64,000 bases of DNA from Calcarisporiella thermophila CBS 279.70. Its lineage: Eukaryota; Fungi; Calcarisporiellomycota. Both the position numbers and the translations under genes were made by a program. Positions within the stretch are counted from its first letter, which is position 1. Every line of letters begins with the position of its first letter. This document shows positions 13,807-26,900 of the stretch, piece after piece. The stretch spans positions 1,313,443 through 1,377,442 of the forward strand of contig NW_027192191.1 of assembly GCF_041956535.1 (NCBI RefSeq). Reading direction: 5' to 3'. A model generated the notes under the pieces. That model was given only the letters and a program-made list of their open reading frames with translations. It ran no database searches and had not been told where the DNA came from.

Positions 13807-14771
13807 TTAAATGTATTGTGAGACCCATCTAAAGCCTAATTATATTAAAGAATACGTTTCAATATGGGTTTAGTTGATGAAATAGGTGAAGTTCAACAAT
13901 GCCCTTACCCTCTCCATAGCCCTGCTTCATCACTACCGAAGTCATGAAAACTTCGATTGGCCGGATATCCTTAAGCGGCACTTTGCCCTTGCCTGTAGTC
14001 TGGAAAAGTCCAAGTTGTTCACGCAAATATTCCTCCGAAACTGCTCCAGGAGCATCGATCTTGTTTCCAAAGATAAGGAAAGGGACATTCTTTAAAGACT
14101 CATCGGACAACAAGCTCTACAGTATATTTAATCATGTGATTCAAGTGCGAAGCATTAATAAAAATGACCACACATACGTCTAGCTCAAGTCGACTCTCAG
14201 GCAAACGAGTAATATCAGCAGCATCTACCAAGAATACGACTGCCGATACTTCTGGGAAGTAATCCTTCCAAATGCGGCGCGCTTTTATAATAATTTTGTA
14301 TAATCAGAATGGAATTTCAACATCAATATTTCCAAAATATATATAAATCACCTTGAACATGACCACCCAAATCAAATGTTTGGAATCGCACCTTGCCAAT
14401 TGTCAACTCCTCAGATGCTGTTAATTGTAAAACAAACAAACAAACAAATTAACTTTTCAACACATTCAACGACATTATTTCCTAATGTTTACTCGGATGG
14501 AGGGTAGGCTGCAATACAGCAAGGCGATCGTTCTTCAACATATGCAGAAGAGTAGTCTTTCCTGCATTATCCAGACCGAGAAAAAGGATCTTTGCGTTTT
14601 TATTCACAAGACCTATTACATACAAAGAAAACATTAAATTCAAAGTCAAATCTCCCTACATGAATTTCGATTGAAATATCAAATAGGATAACAAATACGC
14701 GTAAATTCATCTATTCACTAGTACTTACCCAAGCTAGAAAGGATATCCCAAAACCAATTAACAATGAACAT
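13807..14771 (-). CDS. SAR1: Small COPII GTPase Sar1; multi-exon
   Basis: [64 protein letters not shown]. Confidence 0.96.
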
Positions 14772-15160
14772 CGTCTAAATTATTTATATTTATAATAGAA
14801 GAATAAATCTATAAAGATGATGCAAATTCCAAGAGAACTGAATTTTCAGGAACCAACGAAAATTGTTTTCGTGATTATTCTTCGGTATCAGGTGACGTAA
14901 ATATTCGACACAATTATATCCATGGAACAATTGATATTGGGAAGAATAAGCCACGAATATTGTATTTTTTGAAGATCATATCCGAGAAAATTCAGATCAA
15001 ATCTATTGCACTGAATTAAATAAGATAAAAGGCCAATAGCAATGCTCTAAACCCATTGTAGAAGAAAGTTTAAAATGTAGAGACTATATCTATTTCTAAG
15101 ACATCTGTAAACTTTTGAAGCATTTTAGCTAAGGAGGGTATTTCTTGAACTAAAGTAAAA

Positions 15161-17409
15161 TCACAACCTCTCCCTGACCCAAGCTTCTAATCCCCCCGCA
15201 CACCATAGTTCTTGGACACTTCTTCCCAACACTCCTACAAAATATTTTTTGCTCTTTTCTTTTGTCTCTATTTCGATTTGCCCAGTCACGACGTTCAGTT
15301 TGGCCGTCAATCCTGTTCTTCGTGTAGGAACTTTCTCTCCCTTGAAATACTCTCGAAGATGGTTTACCAATTCAGGAGCCTCGAGAACCAAAAGGGCGTT
15401 ATTGATAGAGTTGCGTTTAAACGTCTCGGAGAAGGAGCCCGCAAGCAATAGTGTGATACCATTAGCTTTAAGTGCTGTGGCTGCTTGTTCACGAGAAGAT
15501 CCGGTCCCAAAATTAAACCCGCCGACAAGGATATCAGTCTATATTGAAGCATATCGTGTAAATGGTATGTCAGGATGCAAACTTTACTTAGCAATGAGTA
15601 AATTACCGGCTTTATAATCTTGGTAAAATTAGAATCATAATTCTCCATGGCCACTTTTTTCATATCATCCATCTTCATATCATCATTATACGTGTACTTT
15701 CCAGGGTATATCCCATCTGTATTTAAATTGTCCGTGTCACAAAATACTAGTTCACCTTCAATTGTAGCTGGAAACTTGGGCAGAATATCAATGTGGGATG
15801 CTGATGTCGAAGCACTGATAGAGTCAGATTGGGGAAAGACCTTGATAGAAGTCACAGGCTCCGCACGGGGTGAAGTCGTAGCACTAGTAGAGAGAAGGGA
15901 AGCGGGGCTGATGATTTTACCTGCGACTGCCGAAGCTGCTACTACAGCTAAATAGCGACACAATATGATAAGTGATTCTTATAATAAAAGATTCTATAAG
16001 ATCATAATACCAGGTGAGGCAAGATACGCAAGTGCATTATGACTACCCATCCGCCCTTTGAAATTTCTATTTGTGGCAGAGATTCCAACTTCTCCATCAC
16101 GCAATAATCCTGCACCCAGTCCAATACAGGGGCCACATCCAGCCGGTAAAGGTCGCGCACCTGCCTCCAATAGCGCCTGCCAATCGCCCGCAATCTCTGC
16201 ATCCTTTTGTACCTCACTACTTGCGGCGGCAATATAAAACTCAACCCCTTCCGCAACTTTTCTACCGCGTATTATTTGAGCTGCTTGATGGATATCTGTG
16301 GCACGGGAGTTAACACACGATACAAGATAGGCTTTCTGAATCGCAACGTTCGACTTCTCAAGTTCGTGGATTGGAGTAGATACTTTGACGGAATTCGGGC
16401 CACTTATGCGCGGACTCAGAGAAGAGAGATCCAGGGTAAGGTGTTTGCTGTATTTTGCGTCCTTGTCGGATTGCATTGACTCTTCCTCTAACTTGCGAAT
16501 TCTGTGTTCATTAACGCGAATATGCTCCTTTCCATCACGCTCTAGAAGTCTGTTCGCCCTCTTTCGCAGAAATCTAATAGTTACATCATCTACAGGAAAC
16601 AATCCGGCAAGTGCTCCCCACTCAGTTGTCATATTAGCGATAGCAAGCCTATCCTCTACACATAATCCGTTGATCCCATCGCCCGAAAATTCGATAGCGG
16701 AATTCAGAACCTCATCACGATTGAAGAGGCCACATAATGTAATGATTACATCCTTCCCAGTACATCCCGATGGCAGTTCTCCTCTTAGTTCAACTTTGAC
16801 AACAGGGGGTACTTGCCACCAGGTTTGACCGGTAGCCCAAATTGCTGCAGCATCTGTACGGACTACCGGCGTTCCTAAACATCCTACGCCTCCATACATG
16901 TTGGAATGAGAGTCCGATGCTACAGTTAAAGTGTAAGGAAATGCATATCCTTCCTCGATCATAATCTGGTGTCCTATTCCTCGTCCAGCAGGGAAAAAGT
17001 CGACGCCATGCTCGTGTGCAAACAGCTCGATGGATTTGTACTTTGTGAGGTTTTGCGAACTGGTGTTTTGTACGTCGTGGTCAAGTGTGAAGACAGCCTG
17101 TTTCGGGTTTTTAAATTTAGCAGCACCTATACTCTTAAATCTAGAAAGAAAGTAGAGTGAGTTATACTAGTAGTAATGAGACTGCAATGGGAAATGTTAC
17201 TTTTTCATCACTGCCCCCGTATTATCATGAGTCATTACATGTTCTGGTTTTATCATCACGAAATCCCCGCTTTTTACGGCATTTTTTGAATCGAGAGTGT
17301 AACGCTGCACAATTTTTTCGACAAGATTCTGAGAGCTCCTATTATGAATGTGCAATAGCCGTCTATTGTGCGAAGGAGACAAAAGTAATGTACGTCGTAA
17401 TGCCAACAT
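15161..17409 (-). CDS. LYS4: Homoaconitase, mitochondrial
   Basis: [77 protein letters not shown]. Confidence 0.95.
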
Positions 17410-17508
17410 TGTATCAAATAAACGATTATCAGAAAATATGCAGAAATTTCACTTAAATACAGATATCAAATTTAAAAAAGAGATTATTAAATTCGAGATA
17501 ATCAAAGG

Positions 17509-17516
17509 CAGTCACA
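17509..17516 (+). promoter_or_regulatory. HomolD-like box CAGTCACA upstream of LYS4
   Basis: Exact CAGTCACA 100 bp upstream of the minus-strand ATG. Confidence 0.45.
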
Positions 17517-18173
17517 ATATCAAGCAATAAATTAAAATCGTGAAAATATAAAGCAATCAAAACCAGAAGCAAAATTGGAGCACAGAATTTCTAGGTGACA
17601 ATTAATGAGTGTGTAGCATTTCTTAAATTTACTTTCCGCTCTACCCGGATTCTTACTTTATTTCAATTACTCAGTTTCCTGAACACAAAAGAGATTATCT
17701 AATTCATATCTAGAATATTTATGCTATGGTTGCAATTAATAATGAAACAAGCATTTTAGAAAAAATTAGGGTATTTGAATATTTTCTCAGAATGCTAGAA
17801 AAAAGGTAAGATGTTATTCTATGTCGCGAATTTTTTTTGACATTGGTTAATATTGTCAATATACTTAATATGCCCAACCACTATTATGTAAACTTACCGG
17901 ATACTTTTATATATCAGTTTCGGGCATAAGCCTTTCTCATCTGAAGGCTTGGTATTAAGTGTCCACAATTATATTATTATTAGAGTTATCATAATAAAAG
18001 TCTAATGGATATAATATGACGATATTCACAAGAGATAGACTATTAGCGGCTATTAAAATGAAGGGGAACAGGGAAACTCTGCAAAAATTGGAGGATATTG
18101 TATATACAAAGGTAAGGGGGAAAATGTAGGTGCAGTCAAATGGATTTCGCATCATTATCAAAGAGCGAATTTT

Positions 18174-20223
18174 TCACGTAATTACTGTGAAAATTAATGT
18201 GATCATCGCCAGAAGAAACGTGTTAGATTTACTCGTCACAAGAAGAGTACCAGAATTCTGCTCAATATCGCTCGAATCCTCGTCCTCTTTGTTGGGGCGA
18301 TTTAATGGTGCAGCGGCGCATTTGCGTTTATGTGGTTGCCAGAGAGTATTTGACGAGGAATTTGCAGGAAGTGATCGTGGTTGGGTAAAAGTACTGTATC
18401 CCATAAGTTCTAGAACGCGCAAGGTTCCAGGGCCAATAGCAGATGCCTTCAACTCTGAATTGGTAGGCTTGCGTGTGGTAAGAGCGTCCAGAGATGTGCC
18501 CCATGGTCCTGTTTTATTGCTAAAATTCTCTAGCACTCCAGGGCGCATAAGAAAGTCCTCTGAGAAAGTATAGATATCTGGATCCAAATGTGAAAACGAA
18601 CTCAGGCCCGTAAATAGCGTGTGCCCCTTAAGAAGGAGTATTTCACCCGCACTTGCTTCAGTCGCATTTGCTGGTGAGTCGTCTGGTAACTGAGCCTCGA
18701 TAACCTGTGAAGAGGGCGAAGTATATATAGTCAGATTAAGTGAGGGTGAGTGCAACATATCGGCCAGATTAGTAAAGCCTCCCAATGCCAGATATGATGC
18801 GAATTCAGTTGCTGACATATTTGAGAAGGTGTTCGGAGGAGGTGGATATTGCAGCGATATTACATTTTTCTGCCCAGCGATATTCCACGCAGATTGAGCC
18901 GCACGATAAACCTCAGAGTCGTTTAGAAGAGATTGAACAAATTGGTTCACAAGCGTTCCATTTCCCTCATAGCAATTTCTACGTATCAGGTTGCCAATTT
19001 TTTCAAGCGGATATGGTTTACTTGGTGGCGCATTAACTATAAGAAATTTATCAAATATAGAACTGGGTAAAAATCCTGATAGGCGTGTGAGATTTGTTTC
19101 TGGGTCCTGGTGAACCAAAGGAGGCGGGGTGAGAAGCTGCAGTTGTTCAGTTGTCATTGGAGGGGAGAGCAATGGAGAGTAGATAGAGTTTGGTGGCAAG
19201 AAATAGGGAGCCCATGAACTAACGAAGCCCAGTCCATGAATTATCTCATGGAGGATGATATATTCCATACTAAGTTGGTTAGCTTGTATTGCACTTGGGA
19301 TGGTCTGTAGCGAAGTGAGTATAATGTTAGAAATGAAATTTCCAATCGTATATATAATCGCATGCAAATACATTTGTTAAGTAAATCTTCTCGACTAGGT
19401 CGTGGTTAAATTCTGCATATATATCATAATCGGACCACCGTAAATTGAGAGGAGAAAGCTGCTTCGCCAGAGATTGCGCATAGAGGTAGTTGGGATCGAC
19501 TCCTTGCAATCCTGGTAATGTCCACTAGGACAAGATATATGTCAATTAAAATTTTCAATTTTCTGTACTTCTATAGAAATACCTGAGCGGAGGGTGCAGC
19601 CCAGCCCAGAGTTTCATTGCGACAGTTCCTCTTACAATAGCTACGGTACACTACGTTCATTCTTATAAAAGAGCATAAATTTTTAACAACTGGATGTTAG
19701 TATTTCAAGAATTGGATCCTCACCTTATTTGGTGTCTCAAATGTAATTCCTTTGTCACTTTCATCGCTGCGCTTACAATGGTATCTGCCAACTGTTGGCA
19801 TACTATCGTGTCGGTAATGTTGCAATTTAGATCGGTATGAAAATATAAACCCTGAGGCTGTGTCATGTTTCCGTTGTTGATGCTAATCGTCACATTATGC
19901 CTTATCGAGGAGATTGGTAAGGTTTGGCTGCCAGTATTACTTGAAATTACGGTTGGTGAGTATTTCTGCGTGATAGAGGCAGCCTCATCTTTATGACTAA
20001 GGATTTCATCCACTGAAGAATCGCGTTTTCGTAGTATGGATGTATCCCAAAATGGATAGGGGAGTACTTTGGCGGAAGATGCGGGTAAATAAAAGCGCTG
20101 TTGATTTGAATGTATATGAAGGTCAAAACGTTGAGGGGCGCTCCATTTTGCGACGACAAAAACTAAGTTGCTGAGGGATAAAAAAAAGAGTAGACACCAT
20201 ATTTCCAAAAGCAAGATTTGCAT
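18174..20223 (-). CDS. Secreted, probably GPI-anchored zinc metalloprotease-like protein
   Basis: Signal peptide MQILLLEIWCLLFFLSLSNLVFVVA, HEIIHGLGF zincin motif, SSFSHLD..FLMRP, C-terminal hydrophobic tail after S/N-rich spacer. Confidence 0.7.
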
Positions 20224-21019
20224 AATGGAGCGAAAGCAAGAAAAAAAAGGGATAAGATGGGGTAGAAGATCTATAGGAATAAGGAAGAAAGCGCGTAAAA
20301 GGATGGGTTCTAGCAACCAAGAGTCTAGCGAAACAAAGAGAGGGTAGACTGTATTAAAAAGGATTGCATTTATTCAATATATTCAAGGATACGAGCAGAG
20401 AATAGTATGAAAAAGCAGGGATGAAAAGAGATGCAGTTTCAAATAAAGAGTTTGATCTAGAGATTTAAAATAAATGGAGTCTATATTAAGAAATTGGAAT
20501 CGACTATTAATGGAAATTTTTAAAATGACATCGCTTCGCTAAGAACGATGAGCACAGCAGCGTTTGTCATGAGCGAGGTCTTATTAGAACAAGTTAGCGG
20601 TGGCATAAGCTTCAATGGAAAAGGGGCCCTGAAAGCTTTATTATCTTTGCCGAGCTTTTACAGAAGGATTTTTCCACACAATGCGCGCAGGGCTTAGTCA
20701 GTCTGGAAAAATATTGGCTGATGCAAATGATTTCATAATGAGTGTTAGGGGAATTTTTCTCGTAGTTTTCATATTTTCGAGAATAGCCCTAAGTCATAAA
20801 TTTTCATTTCAAAGAGAGAGGACTCGAACTAAATTTTAGTAGGGTAATTTAATCATGAGAAAATCCAGCCTTTTTTAGGACTACGAGTTTCAGAAATTTT
20901 CATATATATTTACAATGTGCTTACTAAGTTCGAACAAATAAAAACTCGAGGGATTTACTTTTCGATTCAGTCCATCTAAATAATATCACTCTATCAAGAC
21001 ATTCCTAAAACAACAGAAA

Positions 21020-21904
21020 ATGGTCGTTGAAGCCACCACCGTTACCCCTGCCCCTAAACTGGCAAATGGAAAATCAGCCGTACAGTTCGATTCGATTGAA
21101 GATGCTGTGAAGGACATCGGTAGCGATTTTAATTATTCGTTTCGATTATGCAATTCTTGTTTAACATATTTATGCCTTCCGTCCAGCCGAGGGAAAATTT
21201 GTTATCGCGGTTGACAATGAAGACCGGGAAAATGAAGGAGATCTCATTATTGCAGCAGAGAAGATGACGACTGAAAAAATGGCTTTTTTGATCCGGTATT
21301 CAAGGTAATTTCACTTTATTTTCTTTCACGATCTAGAAATTTCCTTATCCCCAAGCTTTCCGTTTCGTTAGTGGTTATGTTTGCGTTCCCACTACCCCCG
21401 AGCGTCTTGCTGAATTGGAACTACCTTTGATGGTGCAGAACAATGCTGATCCTCTGCGGACCGCCTATACGATTAGTGTGGACTACAAACAAGGTTATTT
21501 AATTCATAAAACTGTGAATATTAGAGTATAAAAGTTAATATGTTACGCATGTAGGGATCTCTACCGGTATTTCGGCACACGATCGGGCTCTTACTGCTCG
21601 CAAACTGGCTGATCCTACATCTCATCCCCAAGATTTCTACCGCCCTGGCCATATGCTTCCTCTGCGTGCTGCGCCTGGTGGCGTTCTGCAAAGGATAGGT
21701 CACACTGAAGCTTCAGTTGATTTATGCAAACTTGCAAAGCTCCAACCCGTGGCTGTGGTTTGTGAGCTGGTGAAAGATGATATGTCAGGAGAAATGGCGC
21801 GCCGCGACTATTGCTTTAAGTTCGCTCGAGAACATGGTCTAAAGCTTATCACCATTGCTGATTTAGTGAAATATAGACAAGAGCATGGGTTGATAGATTT
21901 GTAA
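21020..21904 (+). CDS. RIB3: 3,4-dihydroxy-2-butanone 4-phosphate synthase
   Basis: [48 protein letters not shown]. Confidence 0.95.
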
Positions 21905-22125
21905 TGAGGGATTAACAGAAATTGCTGTAAAGAATATTTTCCGGACAGTATATGGGGTATTATATATAAATACTTAATAGCAAGTTATTTATCATTTGTA
22001 ATTAATGGAGGAGGTTTAAATAACAATATCATTTTTCAGTAGAAAGCTATTTATATATAAAAATTCAATGTTTTGGGTACAAAGTAATAAAAAGTATTTT
22101 CTGAAAGTAAATAAAATGGACCATA

Positions 22126-23585
22126 CTATTTCTTTTTTCCTGAAGTCCCTTTGCTCTTCTTCTTTCCAGGCATATTCTTTTGTCGCTGCTTCTTGAACAT
22201 ATTCGAGGGTTTGATACCCTTCTCTGCACGTGTTCCCTCAAGAACCGACGCAACACTCTTTCCTGCAGTCTTTACAACACGTTTAGCATTCCCACCAAAC
22301 TTCTTCATAGCTATTCTCCGAGCTGCAGATAATGTGCTCGGCTTTGCTTCAGAATCCAAGCTCCGAAACACCCTAACATCGCGTTTTCCGAGTTTGGTAC
22401 CATTGAGTTGAAGCGCTAGGTCAACCGAAGCACGATCCTGTCGATATCAATTGAAGTAAAATAAATAAGTGTCAGTGTACTTAAAATTTTAGAGATCCAG
22501 GCACACGTTTTCACATACATTAAACTGAACATATCCAAAGCCCTTGCCGATATTGGTTTTTTTGTCACGTACAATTCTCACATTTTCTACTTGTCCACAA
22601 TCCTTGAAGAACTGCCACAGATCCTCTTCTTGCACATCGAATGCTAAATTCCCAACAAAGATACTGCGTTTGTTGTCATGCGATTTCGGATTTATAGCAC
22701 GGTCAACGCGCAAATGCTTGTTAAGAAAGACTTCTCCGTTTGCGACGAGAGCATTATCAACTGAGCTCTTTTCTTTAAATACGATATATGCATTAAGAAC
22801 ATCACGCTCGGGATGGAGTTTTTTGGTAATGAAAGCGATTTTTCGTGGAAGAAGCTCAGAGAACGCCTAAATGTTGCGGGAGAGGATTAAATGGTTTTCT
22901 TGGTGAAAGTTAAAAAAAAAAAGGTCAGCTCTTACAATTGAACGGAAGCGAATACTTGATATCTTGCCGTACTCAGAGAACTTGGCTTTGAGTTTTTTGT
23001 AGTCGGCCTAGATCCCACAGAAATACATAAAGTGAGTAGTAATAACGTGAAAAGGCTATGAATATAGTGTACCTTTTGAATACAGGTAGCCGATAGGTTA
23101 CCAACGAATATTGTGCGCTCTAGCTTCTCTGTCTCTTCTTCTCTCTTTTTTTTCTTAACAATTTCTTCTTTATCACTATCCATATTCTCAGAATCACTCT
23201 CATCATTCATTTTATCTTTTTCTCCTTCCTCTTCTTTTATCTCTGGCTTGGATTCGGAAGTGATCTTGAGTTTTTTCGATTTGAGTGCATTTTTAGTGAA
23301 ATCCTTTTTGCGCTTCTTGACTTCCGGGGCGCCCTTGCCTTCATTATCCTCTTCTTTCGTCTTTGCCGGAGGTTTAAAGACTACCTTTGGGACATTTGCA
23401 GGTCCAGCCTAACATGAGTTTGCAGCAGAAAAACATTAATACTAAATATCTATGCCCATAACATGGGCAAGAGTGATATTAATACATACACTGTGTTTGA
23501 ATAGATCGTCTAATTGACTATCAATGGCATTTGATTTATTCCCAAGCAGAGCTTGTGACAGCGATGTGGGAGTACTCTCTGTCAT
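22126..23585 (-). CDS. NOP12: Nucleolar RRM protein Nop12/RBM34
   Basis: ERTIFVGNL, SIRFRSI, NAYIVFK, HLRVDRA, second RRM SIFVGNLAFD..VRIVRDKKTNIGKGFGYVQF, K-rich tail. Confidence 0.88.
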
Positions 23586-23921
23586 GGTAAAGAGCGAAAA
23601 TTAACTCCCCTTTCTGTTAACCGGGTATTGAATATTTACTATAGTATAAATAGCTGAGCCACAAAGAGTCACACATATGCGTGACTCTATTTTAATATTT
23701 TAACTAGTAAAGTATTAAAACTGTAGCCATATTAAACACAAATAAACTGTGTTTAGTTGATTTTCTATCTCGTCATTAGTGAGTGATACAGATATTAATA
23801 TCGTGCTCTGATAAATAAATAAGGAAATATAAAAGAGCCTTTACTGTAATCAAGAAAGGGTAGAAGGATTTATATGCAAGCAAAGAAAATTCATGTAGCT
23901 CTAATATGCTTTTTGGAGGTA

Positions 23922-26900
23922 CTAAACCTCTTCTGGCCCTGTGAACGCGTACCATTTAGCACGGCATTCAACTGCTTCACGCCTCACGAGTCTCTTACGG
24001 TCATCCAGCGGCTTTGCTAATTCGCGCAGGACCTGTGTCTTATACGGATAGAGAAGGTCATATCGGATTGTAGCCGGAAAGATAGCAAGGCACTTTAGTG
24101 ATTCAATACGAACACTCTATCGGTATATCAACAAAACAAGGGTCAGATAACAAAAACCATTTGAATTATACTGAAGATGACGATCGGATCAATACCATCG
24201 TATTGTGTTGCTGCATTTGAGAGAGGTCAAGCAATAGTGGGACGAGAGATCCGACATGACTACTTATAATACCAGGGGCCTCTTGAATGATCATGGAGAG
24301 GGTCTTTAGAGTGGAGTACTTAAGCTTGTCGTCCGGGAGCGAGAGAGAATGAACAAGAAGAGGAACAAACTTTGAATTGCAAATTGTTATTTAACAAGTC
24401 GAATGCAAAAGAAATAAATACTATTTTACCGGTCCGAGTTCATTCAGTAATACTTGCTTTGGAATGTTACGGAGTATATGTGACATCGCAATCAAATAAC
24501 AATACCGGGCATCTATTAATTGAAATATGGGTTATGGCAACTATTTTACCTAAAACTAATAATATATTACCATCGGAAGAATGATGAAAGCCGTCCACAA
24601 TTTTTGGCATGCAGAAATCAAAGAATCTTTGTTTATACAATAAACGCACCGTGGCAAAGCTTTGTTGCGTCAGAGCAATATCTTTCTCGTCGTCATTGCC
24701 AATTAGATTAACAAAGCTCTCAGCAGCGGATCGTCCTAGCTCTGGGTCATGGAAACAGGCGATCATTTCTGAGACCATTTCATAGCCTAAATTGTGTGCT
24801 TTGAGAAGCAACCCTTTCGCTAGCTACAGATAATAGGGTAAATTTAAAAATTTGGAAATAAAAGAAAATAGGACGAAGTAGTTGTACCCATTGCCAGACC
24901 AAGATTGCTCGTTGACGATCAGTTATTTTGGCAGCCGCGTCATTGATGACCGGTTTAAGAACTTGAAATACATTCGTTTGCAAAAAGTTGGCCATGCTTT
25001 CCTCTACAGAATCCAATTAGCAAATGAATGAAAACAAGCATTTCATCATTTATTACCATCCGTCCACTTGTTTATTACAGATCCAAGAATAGTAGCAAGG
25101 GAAAGTCGCTGCAGTTCACTTTCTGAATGAAGGCAGAGAGTCATGGTGTCTGTTAAGAATTGAATTATTGATTCAACAGGAATCAGATTCCGGCACGATC
25201 CAATTGCAGCACAAAATAGTAGGGTTAAATTAGCTTGAGAAAAGCGCGCATTTGGCTAGTCGTAAAATAAGGCATTAATATAGTAGTATCTGAATAATAG
25301 AATGAAATTCAAGCGTACAACTAAAGGTTGAAATGAAACCGACTGGATCTCTTCCAACTTAAGCCACGAGATATCGCCAAGTAGAAATGAACCGAATACA
25401 TTCCGCAAAAATTCATCTTGCTGTCTAAAACACAAAAATGCGAACGATTATTTAACTTTAAAGAGCTAATTAGATGTTTCTCTATTGCATACTTCGTGTC
25501 TAGATTTCTCATTGTGATTGCAATTATACGTGCCACCCTATTCAAAACATCTTTATCGGTCATCGCGCTAGCAGCTGATTCTTCTTGTTGTATCGTAGGC
25601 TTAACGCACAACGCAATTAGGTGAGGGACAAATATGTTGATGAATCTACCGATATCAGTGTGCTTTTTCAACGATTTAGTAAGTAGGAGACTAAGGAGGC
25701 AGTCAAGAAGCGCACAGGGATAGCTTGCATCAAATGAGTCACCTAAAAGAAAATTATGTAATTCACATCAATAACACGAGAAAAAAACGTGTAGGTACCT
25801 GCTCCATTTAGCTTCCGTAGTAATTGAGGAGCTGTCGCATCAAAAAGAATGGGATCTATGGCGAGCTCTGATATTGCTTTAAGAATATCAGTATATGAAT
25901 CTTGGTTGCCTGCGGCTTCGTCAGCTGTGTCTGGAAGCCCGGAAATTAGTGTCGGCATCGCAACATCCAAAATAATTTCGGGTTTTAGTTGGGCAAGCTG
26001 TGATAACGCTTTCAATGACTCCGAACTACATAGGTTGTAGGCGTAGTTTTAGTAATTACTTTATATTATGAATTATGAAAGATAACCATACCTCATTTCA
26101 GTATCGGATTCATTTAAAATTCCATGAATCAAATGTTGCACCACGATTCCGGTCTCGTTGTCTGATAAGAAACGACGGTGCAAAACAAGACTCTTGAGGC
26201 CAGAAAGCCCAGCAAGTCGGAATCCGTTGTACTCGTTGGAAGATATTAACGCATCGGTAAACAACTCAAAGAGCCGATCTTTATCGGAGAGGAGAGGGGT
26301 TACAAATTCGGAGTCATCAGCTATTTTGTAAGAAGGCGGATTGTGATCAAAAATAACGAAAAATGCAGAGATTATTTCAGTTATTTACTTTTTGACTTCG
26401 TTTCATCAATTGACCCATAGAGCATTCGGCTTGACTCTAAAAATCCCCAAATAATGTCAAGTAACGCTTTTCGCCTTGTTATTACTTCACTCTCTCGATA
26501 TAGCTGTAAAAGTGTTGGTAGTACGGCACTAGCAATAGTAACAAAAGCCGGGTCTATTGAAACAAAAATTTAGCAAACGCATTTAGAAGTCAATGAAAAA
26601 TCGATCAATTCAATGTGCTATTAACCTGATGCAGAAGCAGCAGATTGCAATATTTTCCCACTCGGTTTAGCTTGCTTAAGTTCTGGTTCTTTTATTTCGT
26701 CAGTACACTCATTAATCAGTGGACGTAAAAAGGCCTCCATCGGGTCAGATTTAGACGATAAACTGACATTCGCAGACAAGACCATACTAGTGCATCGGAT
26801 GGCGTCTAAGGCAGCATTTTCAATAGCGTCTTCTGTCGCATTATATACCTAAATCAAACACTCATTTAATTAACATATATAGTAAGAAAGATAAAAATTT

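Noticed and set aside
16385-16828. Many 60-150 aa antisense or alternative-frame ORFs overlapping real genes (this one as an example)
   Set aside because: Shadow ORFs opposite well-supported CDSs, with no recognisable motifs.
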